DNA from: Candidatus Rokuibacteriota bacterium
GTDB lineage: Bacteria; Methylomirabilota; Methylomirabilia; Rokubacteriales; CSP1-6
Length of the DNA: 64,000 nt
Direction of reading: 5' to 3'
Assembly: GCA_003221515.1 (NCBI GenBank)
Contig: QHSI01000015.1
Coordinates: forward strand, 4,895-68,894
In this document: positions 61,596 through 64,000 of the stretch, one piece after another
Position numbering within the stretch: the stretch's first letter is position 1
How the letters are laid out: each line of letters starts with the position of its first letter
Notes under the pieces: generated by a model
What the model saw: the letters and a program-made list of their open reading frames with translations, nothing else
The model's database searches: none
What the model was told of the DNA's origin: nothing
Program-made: the position numbers and the translations under genes

Positions 61596-61781
61596 ATGAC
61601 CGAATTCCTGAAGGGCAACTACGAGCTGAAGGTCGACATCGAGGAGAAGAAAGAGGACGCCGAGGCCTCCGCCACGGACGAGTTCGAGCGCAAGGCGCTG
61701 TCGCGGCTCGGCGGCTCCATCTGCTTCGTGAGCAAGAAGGGCTTCCTCTGGACCGGAGACGGAGACGCGGCCCAGTCGTGA
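61596..61781 (+). CDS. short hypothetical ORF (possibly the two ends of a longer gene)
   Basis: Strong SD AAGGAG, high-GC3 codons, GTGA overlap with the next gene. Confidence 0.55.
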   Translation: MTEFLKGNYELKVDIEEKKEDAEASATDEFERKALSRLGGSICFVSKKGFLWTGDGDAAQS

Positions 61782-62773
61782 TGGAGCTGGGACGGCGGAT
61801 CGCGAGCCGGCTGCACGACGCGACGTTCGATCGGATCGCGCAGGTCGGCCTGGCCAACGCGGCGACGCACCGCCCGCACATCCGGCGCTCGGTCCTCGAG
61901 CTGGCCAAGCTGCCGCTCGGCGCCGGCGACGCCGCGCTGGTCGTGGCCGCGGGACCGAGCCTGCACCGGCGCCGGAGCCTCGAGCGGCTGGCCGCGCGCG
62001 GCTTTCCTGGTACCATCGTCGCGGTGGACAGCGCGCTGGCCGCCTGTCTACGTAACGGCGTCGTGCCCCACGTGGTCGTCACCGTCGATCCCCACGATCG
62101 CATCGTCCGCTGGTTCGGCGAGCCGGCGCTCGCGGTGCCGTCGGCCGACGACTACTTCCGGCGCCAGGAGATGGATCCGGTCCACGCCGCCGATGAGATG
62201 GCGGCCAACCGCGCGGTCGTCGCACTGGTCGACCGGGACGGGCCGCGGCTGCGCGTCGCGGCGGCGACGTCGGCGGCGCCGTCGGTGGTGAGCCGCTGTC
62301 GGGCGGCGGGCATGGAGCTCTTCTGGTGGAACCCGATGTACGACGACTACGAACGTCCCGACAGCGTGTCGCGCGAGCTCCACCGGGAGAACGGCCTGCC
62401 GTGCCTCAACGGCGGTGGCAACGTCGGCACCGCGTCGTGGGTGCTGGCCCACGCGGTGCTCGGCAAGCGCCGCGTCGGGATCATCGGGATGGACTTCGGT
62501 TATCCGCCGGACACGCCGTACGAGAAGACGCAGTACTACCCGGAGCTGCGGGACATGCTCGGCGAGCGTTTCGGCGAGGCGTTCGTCCACTTCGAGAACC
62601 CCGTGCTCGGGGAGAAGTGGTTCACCGACCCGGCCTACTGCTGGTTCCGCGACGTCTTCCTCGAGATGGCGCGCGAGGCTCGGTGCGAGACGTTCAACTG
62701 CACGGAGGGCGGCGTGCTCTTCGGGCCCGAGATCAAGACGGTGACGCTCGAGGAGTTCCTAGACCATGGCTAA
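61778..62773 (+). CDS. DUF115 / MAF_flag10 (MptE-like) protein
   Basis: VVAAGPSL, VPHVVVTVDP, GGGNVG, IGMDF, NCTEGG. Confidence 0.85.
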   Translation: MMELGRRIASRLHDATFDRIAQVGLANAATHRPHIRRSVLELAKLPLGAGDAALVVAAGPSLHRRRSLERLAARGFPGTIVAVDSALAACLRNGVVPHVVVTVDPHDRIVRWFGEPALAVPSADDYFRRQEMDPVHAADEMAANRAVVALVDRDGPRLRVAAATSAAPSVVSRCRAAGMELFWWNPMYDDYERPDSVSRELHRENGLPCLNGGGNVGTASWVLAHAVLGKRRVGIIGMDFGYPPDTPYEKTQYYPELRDMLGERFGEAFVHFENPVLGEKWFTDPAYCWFRDVFLEMAREARCETFNCTEGGVLFGPEIKTVTLEEFLDHG

Positions 62774-64000
62774 AGTCCTGTTCGTCAATCCGGTCATCCG
62801 CGAAGAGGACGACCCTCGTCACGTGCCCTACGGGATCGCGCTGCTGGCGGCGATCATCATACGTGAGGGCCACCTCGTGCAGGTCTTCGACGCCAACGCG
62901 TGGCGGGCGTCCGACGCGGTGTTGACCCAGGTGCTGGCGGCCGACCGCTGGGACGTCGTCGCGCTCGGCGGCATCACGACCGCCTATCGCTCGATCAAGC
63001 AGATCGTGCGCCGCGCCAAGGACATCGCGCCCCAGGCGCTGGTGGTGGCGGGCGGCGGGTTCCTCACCAGCATGCCGCACGACATCATGCGCTTCCTGCC
63101 CCAGATCGACGTCGGCGTCGTCGGCGAGGCGTTCGTGTCGTTCCCCGAACTGCTCCGCCGGCTCGACGCGGGCAACCGCGACTGGGCGAAGGTGCCGGGA
63201 CTCGTGTGGCGCCGCTCCGACGGCGTGTCGCACCTCAATCCTGAGCAGCCGCTGCTCCGGGACATCGACCGGCTGCCCTATCCGGCGTGGGAGCTGTTCC
63301 CGCTCGACGTCTACTTCAAGAACAGCATGGCGCTCTACTCGGAAGAAGGCATGGGGGCCCGACGCCGGCTCGACATCAACGCCAGCTACGGCTGCTCGCT
63401 GATCTGCCGCTTCTGCTTCCATCTCGGGATCGCCGGCGATATGGAGCAGGTCGAGGAGAACGGCGAGCGCGACGTCGCCTTCGGCTACAAGCGCCTGATC
63501 CGCTATCACAGCCCGCGCTACGTAGTGAGCCTGGTCAAGTACGCGCGTGAGAAGTTCGGCGTCGACTTCATCGGCTTCCTCGATGAAAACCTCATGACCA
63601 TGCACCAGTCGTCGGGCAAGAAGTGGCTGACCGACATCGCCGACCTGTGGATCGCCGAGGGGCTGCAGCCGCAGTGCATCCGCGACGGCGTGCCGCACGA
63701 CCCCGAGCGGTGCACCGGCGTCCACTGGGGCGGGACCAGCCACGCCACGCTGTGCTCGCCAGAGGTGCTGAAGGCCATCAAGCGCGCCGGCTGCTCGCAT
63801 CTCGTGTACGGCTATGAGACGTTCTCGGCCCGCGTGATGAAAACGATCGGAAAGGGCGCCACGCCGGAGGCCAACGAGCGGTCGCTCCGCTGGACGCTCG
63901 AGGCCGGGATCCGGCCGATCCCGAACCAGATGATCGGCTTCCCGGACGAGGATTTCGATAGCCTGCGCGACAACGTGCTGGCCTGGAATCGGCTTGGCCT
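62766..64000 (+). CDS. cobalamin-dependent radical SAM protein (3' end beyond window)
   Basis: MAKVLFVNP..PYGIALLAA, GGG, VVGEA, GCSLICRFC, DEN, YGYET, MIGFP; manual translation. Confidence 0.9.
   Translation, partial: MAKVLFVNPVIREEDDPRHVPYGIALLAAIIIREGHLVQVFDANAWRASDAVLTQVLAADRWDVVALGGITTAYRSIKQIVRRAKDIAPQALVVAGGGFLTSMPHDIMRFLPQIDVGVVGEAFVSFPELLRRLDAGNRDWAKVPGLVWRRSDGVSHLNPEQPLLRDIDRLPYPAWELFPLDVYFKNSMALYSEEGMGARRRLDINASYGCSLICRFCFHLGIAGDMEQVEENGERDVAFGYKRLIRYHSPRYVVSLVKYAREKFGVDFIGFLDENLMTMHQSSGKKWLTDIADLWIAEGLQPQCIRDGVPHDPERCTGVHWGGTSHATLCSPEVLKAIKRAGCSHLVYGYETFSARVMKTIGKGATPEANERSLRWTLEAGIRPIPNQMIGFPDEDFDSLRDNVLAWNRLG

Overview
High-GC bacterial DNA. Gene content and GC-rich palindromic repeats suggest Candidatus Rokubacteria/Methylomirabilota or a relative, probably a metagenome assembly (inference). 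The left third (1663-19751) is one tightly coupled respiratory operon, divergent from ftsH. It encodes a CydB-less cytochrome bd-like subunit I, three membrane-anchored c-type cytochromes (one fused to an EbdC/NxrC-like heme-b domain) and two cupredoxin-like proteins. It also has a full A1-type aa3 oxidase with heme O/A synthases and two unannotated small membrane proteins. It ends in an unusual module: a USP-USP-(PCP_red)x3-rubredoxin protein, an AhbD-like radical SAM/SPASM enzyme with its own PCP_red tail, and an Mrp/ApbC ATPase lacking its CxxC. The middle holds a hidden selenoprotein (UGA at 27751 plus a SECIS-like hairpin), a histone-H1-like protein, squalene/phytoene synthase, a kinase-REC-cyclase trio, peptide ABC genes and an ECF sigma/anti-sigma/DUF3106/DUF1800/DUF1501 operon. 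The right end begins a surface-glycan locus (wHTH regulator, MsbA-like exporter, DUF115, B12 radical SAM). About eight genes show abrupt internal deletions that look like collapsed assembly gaps. No rRNA, tRNA, CRISPR array or transposase was found. All family calls are motif recognition by eye; no searches were run.
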